Assembly: GCA_036172245.1 (NCBI GenBank)
Contig: JAYWIR010000006.1
Coordinates: forward strand, 1,054,001-1,118,000
DNA length: 64,000 bases
Direction: 5' to 3'
DNA from: Raillietiella orientalis
Lineage: Eukaryota
Part shown: positions 49,150 through 63,089 of the stretch, piece after piece
How positions within the stretch are numbered: position 1 is the first letter of the stretch
How the letters are laid out: every line of letters begins with the position of its first letter
Notes under the pieces: model-generated
What the model saw: only the letters and a program-made list of their open reading frames with translations
The model's database searches: none
Told to the model about the DNA's origin: nothing
Translations under genes and position numbers: made by a program

Positions 49150-51900
49150 GCAGCTGGGGACAGACTTTTTGCGCATCGTCAGGAATGCCAGCATACGCCG
49201 ATACGTACGTTCCGTTCGTGCTAACGGGAGCGCGTCGCAGGAGAATTTGCACAGAGGTCAAATATTCTTTGTCCACGAGTGCTTCGTCGTCTCGAGCCGT
49301 CCAGCTTTTCTTGCCTTTCGGCAACTGCGACGCCTGACGGCTCAGTGCGCGCGATTATTTGCCCCGCACAATTTGCTCCCCGTGCTGATCCATTCGCTGG
49401 CTCGTGGGCGTATGTTCGCCGGCATGGTCAGGGATGGTGCTTCGCCTCTCTGATCCGTTCCTCGCTCTTCTTTTCCTCGAGTGGCTTCCGCTGAAATCCT
49501 GTACGCTCCGCTCCTTCGCGGTCCAAGAGCGAGGCGATGAACGGAAATCCGAACGGCCGAGACGAAGAATGAAAGAAAGGAGGACCGACAAGCAGAGAGT
49601 CGCTGTGGAAAGGCAAGCGGATAGGGAAATCAGCGACGAGAAGACCAAATGAGGCATGGATGGGGTCAGCACGAGGGGTCAGAATAACCACGATGTTGGA
49701 GACTACGCTTGGGCTATGAGGATGGTCCGACAGACTCTACCCGCAGACGCTGCTCCCACCCCCAGCGTCGTCCGCTTCCTCCTTCCCCCCCCCCCCCCCT
49801 GCCGAGCAAATCGCTTGCCGCACGTCACGTCATCCTTAGCCGACTCTCAGACAACGGCAGCACATCTTCAGCGAGGGACGCCGTGCTGACGTGGAGGCGG
49901 TGTTCCCACGCGCCGTACACCTCTCCTTTCAAGCTGACGCGAGCGCTAAGAAAGCGACGCGTGCCAGCGGTTTCGCTCACCGGGAAAACACACCGGCGCT
50001 CCACCGGAAGACAGCAAGGCAATCAACAGGAAGAAATACTTTGCGCTTTGCTGTTGTGGTTTGGCCTTTCCCTTTCGGATCGGATCGTAGGTGCGTCACG
50101 CAACACGGAGAGGGCGCTGGAGGCTTTTCCCGCGGAGGAACCTTCCTTTGCCGATCGAGAGCGCAACGGAAGGTCTCGAAAAGACACAGCGCCTCGTGCT
50201 GTAAACCAAACAGAAATGAATTCCACACTCCCGTGTGCGCAAGACGAGCTGATGAACGGGCCAACTTCGCTTCCGTGTGTGTCCCCCCAAGCAGCCCCAG
50301 CAAGTGGGCGGTGAATGAGTTCGGATGTACGCTGCGGCGACACTTCCTTGTGTCTACACGAGCAGACACACGGCACGTGCCACATGTGAGCCGCTGCGAG
50401 GCAAAGCCGCGTGAATGAACGGACGAACGTACGCCGACTGCTCTGGCGCGCTCCCCGCCTTCTTTCGAGCAGCAGCTGCTTCCCAGCCGCCGTGCTCGCT
50501 CTCTTATCGGAAAGGTTTAAATTCCTCCGCAACGGCACTCGGGAGAGGGCAAGCTAAGAGCCCGGGAATCCCCGGCCCGAGAACGACGCGGATCCACGCA
50601 GTCGAGATTACCAAGAAGCACTTTCGGGGAGATAACCAGCAGCAATCGACAGTGTGTATAGGAGGCCCAAGGGCAAGACGTGCGCACAACCAACCACTGT
50701 ACAGTCGACATGGTCACCATCCAGTGCACGCTCGAGGGGAAGAATCGGGAAAGCACTTACTTTCCTTCCTCAGCTTGACCAGCATTTGCTTCATGGTTCG
50801 AGTTTTTCGCTGATGGGGATAGGGAAGGAGGGGGTGGGGGGACGACGACGAGCCGAATCACAAAGCCCCAGACTCCGCAAATGCTTTCATCGTGGAACCG
50901 TGCTCGCGCGAACTTCCAATCCGTGTAGAGACACAAACCTCGTCACTTAGTAACCATGGATACTGAGCCGCACACCCCGTGTTTCGTGTTTTCAAGTGTG
51001 TGTCCTCTCAGTGTGGAAAGGTTTGTAAGAAACTCAGAGGAGACGCAAAGGGCTGCGCCTCGAGAAGCTGAACGGAACATGGGCACCTCTCTAATCGTTT
51101 ACCACACCCTTTTTTTCCTTCAACAGCGAAGCTCTTCACGATCACCGCAAAAGGACTTTCAGCCAGGATGAACTTGCAGAACACGCAGAAAGTGAACAGG
51201 TCAAGGTCTTTTCCCCTTCCATATGCTCGCCGCAAGCAAGGGTGCTGCAACCCTTATCCATCGGAAGCTTCAGGTTTTCGACTACCTTGCGCAAATACCC
51301 GGGCCCCAAATTCCTCACCCCACACCTCAAGTTTGTCCTCGATGGAGCACGGTCGGCCGTTGTCTGGGGGCATGCAAAACTCGGATATTTGAATTTGGGG
51401 GAAGGAGCCGGTTTGTCGGACTCTCCCGAGCTGTTGAACTCTAACGCTTATCCCGGGATCAGAATCCAGGAACGATGCACTCTGCATCCTGCATTCACTC
51501 GGATTCCTACTGGAGCCAGTCTTAGTGAGTTCGGGGTGTGACTGCGCGTACTATTAATCCCAAGGCTCTTCGGAAGGATGCAGCGCGCACGTGCAACATC
51601 TCTGGAGGAGAAAACCGATCGCCACTTCAGTTCCTTTCCGAACTAAGCAAAGCAGCAGAGCAATTTAAAACTGACGATCAGCATTATTAATGAGGACAAG
51701 TCGCTGGAGAATTCGAGCATTTGAGGTTCGGCTCTGGAGATGGAAATACGCAAAAAATCGTTTGCAGACAGAGGAGCACTCGGCGCTGCCCTTCGACCAA
51801 AGACACTCCATCCCCTATCATCAGCACCTTCCAGGAGACTCTGCACGCGTACAGACTCCGAGTTGAGGAGGTCACCGATTTTCTGCATTCCACCCAGGAA
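49150..51900 (-). other. Possible additional exons (upstream part of the 45-48 kb gene or a separate gene)
   Basis: Splice-bounded open segments such as ASQLPKGKKSWTARDDEALVDKEYL, FILAESPFAVIVKSFAVEGKKG and MQSASFLDSDPG..IEDKLE. No consistent model could be assembled. Confidence 0.3.
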
Positions 51901-52745
51901 TCCAAAAGAAAACGCCCAATTCGGCGAAACCGACGATTTGCAACATCTGCAACAACAACAACAACAAAAAAAAAAAAAAAATCGCCGAATGCAAAAACAT
52001 GGGCAACTGGGAAAACGGCCAAAAAAAAATGCACGCACGCACGCAACTCGGAGAACACGTGCTGCTGATAAACCAACGAGAGAAAAACGTCCGGTGAGAG
52101 ATGAGGTTGGGGAAGTGGGGTCTGATTTTATTTCACCTTAAAGACTGAGCCTCAGAGATACATATGATCGTTTGGAACGGATGCACACTTCTGCCGACGT
52201 ACGGACTTCAAAGGTGGCCATTCATCGAGAATTATTATTATTATTATTTTTACATCGTGCACCCGTCATATAAAACTCGTGAGTGTACACCTGCGGCTAT
52301 AGACACTTTCCTGACGAGACAAACTCTGCGCACCGAGGCGGCGGAGGAGGAAACACAGAAAGGCAACCAACACCACTGCTGCTCAAAGTTAGGAGGGAAT
52401 GCATTTGGACGGCGCGCGTCAAAAACGGCTGCTGCAGACCATGAAAAAATACTGATATATTTTCGACTTCCTTTTTTTTTTTTTTTTTTTTTTGCACACG
52501 ATAGCTAGCAAGCGTCAAAGACTGCTCTCTCATCGACTGGACGATTGCAACAGCAACGGGAGTTGTCGGTTCCTCCACGCCTGCAGCTTTTTTTCCTCCA
52601 CGCCGCAGAGACCATCCGCGCAGAGTGTTTCCGCACGTTTGAAACACCCTCTGTGTCTTCGGAGTTGTTGCTCCAAGTACTGATGCAGGAGAGATTTGAA
52701 GCGACGTGAGCTAACAGGGAGGGGCTGCACGTGTGCACACTCTCG

Positions 52746-55700
52746 TCAATTCGAGCGCTTCCTTTCGTACTTTTTGACGAACTTTTTCCACTGATCGTGG
52801 TTCAAGTGGTCCAACTGGGCCATGTGGGAGATGGCTTTCAGATACTTCGAAAGGTACACCAATTCTTCGTCTGTGTGCCTGGAGAAATGCGCTTTGCGGA
52901 AAGCCTTTATTTTCAAGCCGTTCTGAGGGTTCATAAGGAAGTTGTGCCTCACGTCGTCGAACATGATGGTGTTGTGGGCTCCGTACATGGGGAGCAAACC
53001 CCATATCACCCCCAAAGGTTTCACCTGAAAAACAGCAATGATTTCAGTTATCCAGCGAACACCTCAGTCAGCATTTTCCCCAAGCGCACCGAGTTCGGGC
53101 AAATTTCCTTTGGAGGTATTCCCAACACAGTGATGGAAAAGAGAGAACGAATACTTCACCAGAATTGAAAAACAAAATTCAGCGAAAAAAACAAATTCAC
53201 CAAAAAGGCAAGACGGAGATGGCATTGGGTTTGAGTGGCCCGCTGAAAACATTTCATTTATAGATATCGACCTCCATTCAACAAGATACAGATTTCATCT
53301 GTTTTGATCTCTCCCAAGCCGTCCACCCACTACCGCTGGTCTCGCAACTGCACTCCAAAGGAAGCACACCGTACGGAACACTGTTCGAGAGAATAGGAAA
53401 CCAAACAGAACAAAAAAGTGAACACGTGAAGTTCTTTGGACGCGTTGGCTTAGGTGGGCGGAAATGTGCGATGCCATCCTCGGAATGGTTTACGGCTCTT
53501 CGACATTCCCTGAATGCAACTTTGGTGACATCCCTTGCCGACGGGAACGAGCACTTGCTGCCCGTCTTCGGGGCTTACCCATGACCCAGTATTATACCCA
53601 ACAAAATCACTGTACTGCATTCCAATCGCCTATGTCCGAGTGTTCGTCTTGCTTTGTAAACTAAACTTTCAAGTACCATGCAACAAGTCGAGAGGACATG
53701 TATATGGGCGTACGTACGTGCGGCGTTTCCGCTACAAACTGCGTGCGTAGAAGTGCAGTCTTGGATCTCTGCACCCCAACAGAAATGCCGAGGTCTATGG
53801 TGACGGCGGTAGGAAAAAAAAAAAAAAAAATCGCGCACCATCCAAAAGAAATCGGCGGCATTCTGAACTCTGGTGTTTCCAGAATAAGTACCTCGCGTGA
53901 TTTTAGGAGTGTTTCTTTCCTTTTTCCTCTTTGGAAAGGTAACTCGTGCCGATTTCCGGCAGAACTGAAACATCGATGAGCGAAATACCGAAAAAGATGT
54001 CGAAACCGAATCGCGATCCCCGTCGACTGTGGGATCAAAGATGAGTTGAGGCTTTAGTCGAATCTGCCTGCATCATTTTCTGATAAACTATTCCAAGCGT
54101 ATGCGTAAATTCTAAACAAAAGTTTTCTCCGGATCCTTCTTGAAACTTTAAATCAACGGCAGATGCTCGGTTGAGACTATCGCTCAGATTTACTGGGGCG
54201 ATCCGTTTGGATGGTCACAAAACCGAGTTTTCGAACCCCTGTTCGCAAAAAAAAAAAAAAAAAAAGAAAAAGAAAAAGAAAAGAAAAAGAAAAACAAGGA
54301 AAAAGGACCTCACTCCGAGAACGACACGGATTCACACATTGGAGAGCACAGAGAAGCACTTTTGGGCAGACACCAGCAACTGGCATTCATACAAGATCCT
54401 CGAGCAATAGGTGCACATTAACAACCATAGAACAATCAACGTGATCACCATCATCCATGATCACAGGAAAAAAAAAAAAAAAAATACATGGCACGGTTAC
54501 GGACTTGCCATGTGATATAAACCCATGACATGACACCACGAGGGAGCACTCGCTAGTAAACGGATCCATGAAGCTGCATCATTTGCTGGGGAAAATCTGT
54601 GACTGCCGCTTTGAAAATTGTTTATTCGAAGGCCTTTGTAAGCTGTAATCTTACTACAACCTCCAAAACACGTGTAAAGCATTTCGAAACATATGAAATC
54701 ATTAAAGAACAAGAAATATTTTGACCACCGGAATCCAGAGAAGGGAGAATTCCCCAAAATTTATATTAACTGCGTACAAATTATGAAACTGCTTCCTCAC
54801 ATCGAATAAACTGCGGCTTTATTACATTTTAAACGCAGCCTGATTAGCTCTTCAAGCAATACTGAGCAATTAGTCTGAGTGGTTATTTTTTGTAAGCGTC
54901 ACTTACTTTCTAATAAATTTTAGGAGGGCTAATGCAAAACATAAGGAGGGTTTGGTGAATTTTCAAATAACACCTCCCTCGCTGACTTTTAGACAATACA
55001 AAGAATCAAGCACTGTCTGAAGAAACACGAGTTTTACGCTAATCTGCTTGAAATCACATTCTTCCCTGCAAGGACGACTGATAGCCACGTTGCAGCCGTC
55101 GGTTTGCAGATGTTTTTATCTCCCGCATGGACAACATACTGTATGGGCAATCCAAGTGAAACGGGCCAGGAATCAGATGTGCTACTTGACCTATGTTTTT
55201 AACTGGGAAACATTAGTTTCCAGAAGAAAAGCTAATTCAGGGCAACAACAACAACATTGCAAGCTTGTAGTTTCCGCAGAAAAGGAATTTTTTTATATTA
55301 ATTTTTTATAAATTTTTTTCAGGGTAACTCTCAAATCATTACGCATCCAAATCTGCAGAAACCAAGCAGAGATTAAACATGATAAATTTCGATTCCACTA
55401 TTGCCAACATATGCAAATTTAATCATTTTATAGCACGTAAAATACGATAATGACGTGCCCTCTTGGCTATGTGCAACTCAAGCAAACACTGTACGCATAA
55501 TCAAAAACAGAAATTGTGGGTCAAGCTGCCATTATCCTTTCACACTTGCAAATAACCTTTTGCACTTTTAACTCCCCCATTAGTGTGAAATTAAAATGAT
55601 TCAATTAATTTCAAACGAACTTGCAGTTAATAAGATCTAAAATACATCCGCAAAAGTAAACTAAATATTTTGCTTACATCCACTACTCCTTCACCAGTAT

Positions 55701-58700
55701 TAACACTTATCATTGCTTCTTCGTCCATACAGCCAAGCAGTGAATAATGAAGATTGCCAGTTATGCCCAATACCTTTAATTTGTTGTCTATCCATTTCAT
55801 ACTTGTTGCAGACCAGATCATGATGTCATAATCCTCAATGGAGTAAAAACATAAATAAAAAGTTGAAATTAAGAAATAGAAAATAACGTTTATAATGGAA
55901 TGAAATTGAAAAAAAACCTCGTAAGCTAATGTTAGAAACTCGTGAAGATATGGTCTCATCAATTCTGCTCCATTTTCTCCAACAGAATGATGGTCAAATA
56001 AAGTGTAATCGATATCTAGAACTAATAACTTCTTTCCTGTTCTAGGACTACTTAGAAATTTTATTTGGTATTTTTTTATTCTATTGGCTATCTAAAACAA
56101 ACAACAAAAACTAAAATAGTATCTGAAATATTAAAGTAATACCTAAGACAGATAATTACATTTTTACAGATACTTTATTTCTTTCATAATTACACACATA
56201 TGCTACAAAAAAGTCACTGAATTGCGCTGAATTAAAATCTCAAGTCTTATTTTGAAGAAACAAAGCTAAAACAAATACTTCTAGCCACTTAATCAAACTG
56301 ATGGAATGTTTTTCTAACCTTTGTCAAATATTCAACTCGACACTGTAATGGAGTTTCTTCCCAAACAAAATCATTTATCACATTATTATCACATGATGAT
56401 GCAGCTTGCACCTGTTCTATATCTTTTTCCTGAGATCCGATGACCACCAATTTCCCATCTGGAAATAAAGTCAATTATTTTCAAAGCTATCCCAGATTTG
56501 TTTCTTTAGATGTTAAACACAATTTTTTAAAAAATACGAAAATTCCAGACCGTCATTATTTATGTAGATGGAGAAAAACTTCCTGAATGATACCCATTTA
56601 AGTTTGCAACCTTTATCATTCAAGTTGTTCCACCATCAACACCCTATTTTGTCTATGAGTTCATTGTTTTTTTTTTTTTTTCTTAAAAAAAAAGAACTGT
56701 TCCATTATTTTATAGTATTTTCAGTTATCACAAGTATCAAGTTTTTCCTATTTCTGGGTCATAAAAAACTAAATTAAATATTTATGCATTTTGTGAACAC
56801 ATCTTATATATATTTTCCGCAGTTTGTGAGTTTTTCGATTACTCAAAGCTTTATAGTTACAAATTATGCTGGAAAAAAAACAAATCCTTGTGCCTTATGT
56901 CCTTATTTTTACTGTCTTACTAATGCTATTTTTAGTGTTTTACACTTATTGTATAAAAATGTGACTTGGTGCATTGATAATCTCTTCAGAAGATTTATGA
57001 CACTTACTCTTTTATTTATAAAATCGTTATTTCAATGAATCATAAAGTAAATTACACTGACTTACTGCTTAACAGCTGCCTTTGCTGTCCCCCAAAAACA
57101 CATGCAAAAAATCCATTAGAAGAGACAGAAATCAAGAGACAAAACAACCAAATTTTTGGTTCTCATCTTCTAAGTTTTATAAATTCCATTGGGAACAGTT
57201 TTGGGGAAAGCACTAGCAAGAACAATTCTATAATCGGAAGGATTATGAAATTGTTAAAGTATTTCAAAAGCAATGAAAACCAGTTTTAAAAAAACTTTAA
57301 ATGACTTGAGCAACTGTGACAAAAACAGTTACAAAGGACTCCATAAAGTAAATATCTAGAGATTGAAAACAAACTGAAAACATGCTAATAAACTAAAAAT
57401 CTGTAATTAAAAAAAAACTGGCTCTATTATCAAAGAACAATCAATCAAGCATCCCATGAAGATGATATTTATCAAATTTTCATAAACCCAAAATCAAAAC
57501 CAGAATGAACTAAGTACTTTGTGTAGCCATAGCATAGTAAGTGAAAAATGCCACTGAACTAAAAGAATAAATTAATCTGAAGAAAAAAAATCGAATCTTT
57601 GAAATAAACATTGATAACAGATGGCACTTTGAATGCATGTATACAAGCTTTCACTTTTAATACAAGCTTTCTTTCAAAGCAAAATCATAATTCAACATCA
57701 CTTGTTTAGATTACCATGTTGTGCTCTACCCTCGATCTTAAATTGAAATTTATCAATTTACTTTTTTTTTCCAGGAGTTTATTCATTCTTTCATCATTGA
57801 CCATGAATGTTTCACATGTGCGGACAAATAAAATATGAAATGTTAAACAGAAATGCTGGAAGACTTTGCATCATGCTTAAAAAGTCTCCCTTGCATGAAA
57901 AACAGAATGCTAAATTGTCTCAGCTAAAAGGTTAGAAAATCACTGTATTTAATAGTTGCAAATTACAAGATACTTGAAAAAAAAACAAAAAAAGGACAAC
58001 TTTTAGAGTCCAAAGTTTTTCTTCTTTCTGAATACAAATTCAAAAAGAAACTTTTCTTGGTGAACAAACTGAAACTTTCACTATGATCAGCGACTAAAGA
58101 CATACTGATCAATTACTAAATAACTGAATAATTTTGTGGCTGATTTTCGAAATTTGCCGAAAGTTCAAATTGAAAATTGCAAACATAATAATAATAATCG
58201 GATTACACTTTGTGTTTCGATAATTGAAAATGTGGTGCTTTTCGAAACTGTCTTTATATCCAAACCTGAAACATTCTGCTTTGATGGATTTTCCAAGTCT
58301 TAGAATGACTTGAAATCTTACTAAAAAAAAAGTTTGCACCAGACCAACCATGAAAACAATTATACCATGCTTGGTTTTCAAAGATGCTGTTACCAGCAAT
58401 TTTTTCAAAAAATGCACCCGTTATGAGTATCAATGGAACAAACACGAGAAAATAAAATCACATTTTCATATAAAAAATGAATTACATAATTACCAATAAG
58501 ATTACAATTTTATTTACGCACAAAAAAACTGAAACCGAAATTGAAAACCTTTCGAAAAGTTCTATGCTGAATTCTGATAACAATGCAAACAAGAGAATCA
58601 AAATACACTCTGGGATTTGATTTATTATTTAAAATGAGAGAATAACAACAGAACTTCACTTCGACTTTGGAACTTTAGAAAATTATGGAATTATGAAAAT

Positions 58701-59471
58701 AGGAATAAAAAACCAGCACCTATTAAGACTGCATACAATGCAAACACCAATACGTGACTGAAACATTAACACAATTTCTTTGGGATAAAAATCTCAAATA
58801 GGGAATGCAACATATAAAACGGGAACTTGGATTCTTTTTATTAATTCTATGGAAGATGAATTTGACTGTTTTTATTAGGGTTCAGGACACTTTAACATAG
58901 TTAAAAAAAGAAGAAAAAAGGCTTCTCTAGCTTTTAGAAAATAGCTTTTGTACAATTCTGAAGCAAAATTTTGTGGCCATGAAAAATTTGCAAGTACCAG
59001 TTTCAAAGATTGTGCAAAATATTAGGATTATATATGTGTTATTATTAATGTAAGCAACTTTGCAAACAACCAAATTATTGTTCAATTGGAACACCATTTT
59101 CAAAGTTCTCTTACTGAAGGCATTCATATAAGCACCAAGATAACAATCATTAAGGTTGACTCAACAACATGTGTGTAAACACATGATGCTCAAATTCTTA
59201 CCCTTTGGAAGTCTGAATTCACTTAAAGGCAGGGAGTCCGTTATTAGTGTTCCTATGATACAACGAGAACACTTACATTATTAGAAAAAAACACACACAC
59301 ACAACCTGCAGTTTTCGGCTTTAGATTTATTAATTTCTGTCTGTGAGGCATCACTTGAATTTGTTTGGAAATTTCTTCTTTAAGGTCTTCGAGAGTGTTG
59401 CATGCTGTTAAATTCTTTAACTCAAACTCAACATTTCCCCACTTTCCTTTAAGAAGCAGAACTTCCTCCAT
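52746..59471 (-). CDS. UBLCP1: Ubiquitin-like domain-containing CTD phosphatase 1 (6 coding exons)
   Basis: UBL domain MEEVLLLKGKWGN..VMPHRQKLINLK; HAD motif PRTGKKLLVLDIDYTLFDH, LMRPYLHEFL, DYDIMIWSATSMKWI, VKPLGVIW, TIMFDDVRHNFLMNPQNGLKI. Two introns of about 2.7 kb. Confidence 0.95.
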
Positions 59472-59849
59472 TTCTTTTTTCTTTTTTTTTTTTAAAAAAA
59501 AAAAAAAATTTGAATGCCTAATGGATTATGAATAAAAATAGGTTGCACTTATTTCTTTTGAAAGATTTCCATCGATCTGAAAGCAGAATTTCGTAAACTG
59601 GAATGTCACTCAAGTCGTCGTTTGGTGAAACAACAAAAACGGATCACATTCAGGCACACATCTGCAGCGGCTGCTCACAAGAAGAAAAAAAAAAGGGTGG
59701 GGGTTGGTCGGGGGTGGAGGGAAAGGAAAAAAAAAAAAGGGGGGGGAGAAAAAAAGGAGGGAAAAAAAGGCAAATGAGATTCCACATGATGCCATGAGCC
59801 TCACTACCACCCAATTTCCTGCACTGCGGGAAAAAGTGACAGCTTGGGA

Positions 59850-60150
59850 GCCTTGGCAAACGGACGGCTGTCACGTAGCCGCGCTGCGGGTTGGGCACGC
59901 GCGTAGGCCGCCGCTGCCGCACACCGACGGTGCACCTCGGATCGAGGAGGAATTCCCGAAAGCTAACACCAGGGCTGTTGTTGTTTCGGGGGGGGGGGGG
60001 GGGGGATGGGAGAAGCCCTGGCACACTTCGGATACCCTGTGCAATTTTCCTTTTCGGGCGCACGGTTTCTTTTTGGAGCACGCTTGGCCAAGGTTGGGCA
60101 GGCATCAAACCAAACCGACCCGACAAGGTGCTGGGAAGAAAACTCCAGCA
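59850..60150. promoter_or_regulatory. CpG-island-like promoter upstream of UBLCP1
   Basis: Short GC/CpG-rich island about 400-700 nt upstream of the UBLCP1 ATG; possible 5'UTR acceptor ctgctttcag near 59577. Confidence 0.5.
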
Positions 60151-63089
60151 GGAACTCATACGAAAGAAGGAACCGCGTAAAAGAAACCAAGAAAACCAGC
60201 TCAAAAGAAAAAAAAAAAAGAAAGAAAGCACCAGGTGACGCCATGAAAACTATTCGAAAAAGCTTGTGCGAGTTCCAGGAACTCAAAAAAAGCTGAAGAC
60301 ACCGCAAAGCACCGTAAACTTAAAAGGAGAAAAAAAAAAAAAAAATGCCCCGGATCGATCATGTGAAATGCAAAAAAAAAAAACCTATTGCTGACGTAGT
60401 GAGGAAGCTCACAGGGTTAACGAACCCCCCCCCCTTCCTCCCCCCATACACACAACACAGATCCAAGAGGTCATGGGTCAATACGCCAAAATTACGTTTG
60501 GTACAGCAGTTTCAGACAAACAGCAAGGGAGAGCTCGCTGGCTGCATTGTGCTCAGCCTGTGAAACACAGATAGGGACTGAAAGTATTGAGCATGAGCGT
60601 CTGTGGATGCTATCCAACGGCTGCGGACGTTGTCATCCTTAAGATCACTGAGTGATGTTGCACACAAACTGGCAGCGTATCCCGGAAACATCATTTGCGT
60701 CTGCAGTCGGCTATTGTAAACTGGGAGAGACATTATTAAGATGATTATTTGAAGATGCCCCTCCTGTCCGATTGCCGTGTTTAAGCTTCAAAAGCGTGAT
60801 GTCACTTTCTTCCTTCTTCACAATCGGGTGCTCTTAACCAAAAATGAGAACCTCTCAGCAAACAAAAGTTCGAATGACCAGATACCCTAAGTGATTCCAT
60901 CAACGAAGAAAATTCAAAGATTTCAGATTCCACAGCGGCCAACCAGATAACACTGGGAACTGATTTGAAGTGAAAAAAATTGACAATTCATCCACATGCT
61001 GAAAACCCTTCAGCGTCATTTCAACCTCAGAAAAGAACACAAATCATCAACTTCGGCTGCATTTTTTCACAATAGTTATAATGCCAAAAAAAAAAAAAAA
61101 AACACGAATGTTATTAAATACATAAGTGTGTGCATTGAAACACAGGAGCAGATTCCATATCCCATGAATGCCTCCTACAGATCGTATCTGCTGGAAAATT
61201 TGTTCTAGGGAAGCCTGCGTAAATTAGAATTGTTAAAAAAAAAAAAAAAAAAAAGGAAAATAGCATTAAATTAAATACTGAGTATCCAATTCATTTGAAG
61301 CACGCTATCCAACACATTACAAGATGAGGCAAGTCAAGCACAATCTAATCAAGGAGCAAGAATCTGCCGTCGTCTCTAAGGAAACATATTAAAAACTACG
61401 TTCTAAATTCCATGCCTACACCAGATGCAGGTGCAGATCACAGATAAAGCACTTGCTGTAACTCCACTCTTTACAGAACATCCTTCTGTTTCCATTATAT
61501 AGCTAATTTATCTCATGACATTTTGAGAACGTTTCATCAAAATCTATCTCTGTTTTCTTTTTCTTTTTTTTTCCTTCTTTTGCTTAATGATTGAAGCAGT
61601 TCCGGTTCCAGCGATCCGGAAAAGGTACACTTCTTCTTTGAATACCACAGATTAATCCGAGATGAAAGTCTATGGATTTCTCACGTGTGGGCGCCGAGTA
61701 TATTTGCAGTCTTTTTGAATTTCGTTCTTTCAAGAAGTTTCGACTCCGAAACGAAGCGAGGCTAAGAGCGGTGCACTTCATGGCAGCCACGACATCCAAC
61801 TGAATTACTGGAAGAAAATTCCTTCATCGATTCCCAGTCTTTCTTATTATTATGTTTCTCGTTCTCATATGCATGCGAAGACAAAATCTGTTGATACTGC
61901 AACACGGAATTATTAATTTGATTGTTCTAGGGTGCTTTAATAGATTTATCAAGTTGATCGTTTCACATTAGCAGTCAGTAAAAAGCATCACTAATGAAAG
62001 AGTTAATTGGTAGTGTTGATCAAATCAACATGAAGATAAATTTTTCACCTTCCTTTGATGGATATTTTGCAAATTCCCCTAACTTATGTTCTTGGATTGA
62101 ATGTTAGTATATGTTTATTACTCGTAATTGGTTTAATGCCGTCTGAAGTTTTCAAATGCTGCATTTGACTCTATTCTGTATACCAATGATCTGGACTCTT
62201 TTTTTGGCAAAGTGCACCATTTTCGTCATTACACTGATCTCTTGTTTTTTTTTTTTTTTTTTTTCTATTACCTTTTTCCTGCAACTCTATTCTTTCCCCA
62301 TTTCAAATGAGGAACCTTTATACAGCACCTTTCCACGTGGTCATTCTCCTGAATGATATTCGGAAATGAAGTTAGACTATGTAATACCAACAGTTTTAAC
62401 CCTTTAAATGCACGGCAGATCACTCTAAACTGATTTCCATTTTCGCTCATTCTGAGCCTCAAAACCCTGCTAAGGAATTTGAGTCCTTTTAACTATGCGT
62501 ATTATTTTAGATCTTGAAGTTTCAGAACTAGTGTCGACATAAGCAAGCGTAAGTGTATTTCTTTACCCATCTCGAATGGGAGATTTGGGGAAAATAAGTG
62601 TTCTAAAAGTACAATAACTCTTAGACTTATTGTACAGAACAAGCAGAATAGTGATCCAAGGAGGAGACTGATTCATTCAGTTATTACGAATTACATTTAG
62701 AACGTAATCATAAGGAACGAAGCATTGCAAAAATGGTGTACTTCATTCATCAACGGTGTACTGTAGCATAAGAGCCACCATGTTATCTGCGCATGGAAGT
62801 TTAATGGGTACACCAAATCAAAGGGATAGAGAACCTGGATGAACACGAAATTTTGAAGACGAAAATTTTGAAATATGAAAAGAAGCAAGGAAGGGGGAAA
62901 CAAAAAACCCCATTCCGGAAGCCGAATAAGAACTAAGGAATGCCTCCGGTTATTTGCTTCGGACAAATGATAAACACAACTGAAGTCACTGAAAAATAGA
63001 CGGGAAAAAAATATGTAGAAACTTGAAATGAAAAAAAAAAAAAAAAAAAGGAAAAAGAAAGAAAAAATTACTGAAATTTTTAGATTCAG

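Noticed and set aside
23557..50600. Hundreds of overlapping Arg/Pro/Gly-rich ORFs; possible bacterial or viral insert
   Set aside because: Stop codons are rare at high GC. The real coding segments have spliceosomal introns and there are no prokaryotic gene features or CRISPR-like arrays.
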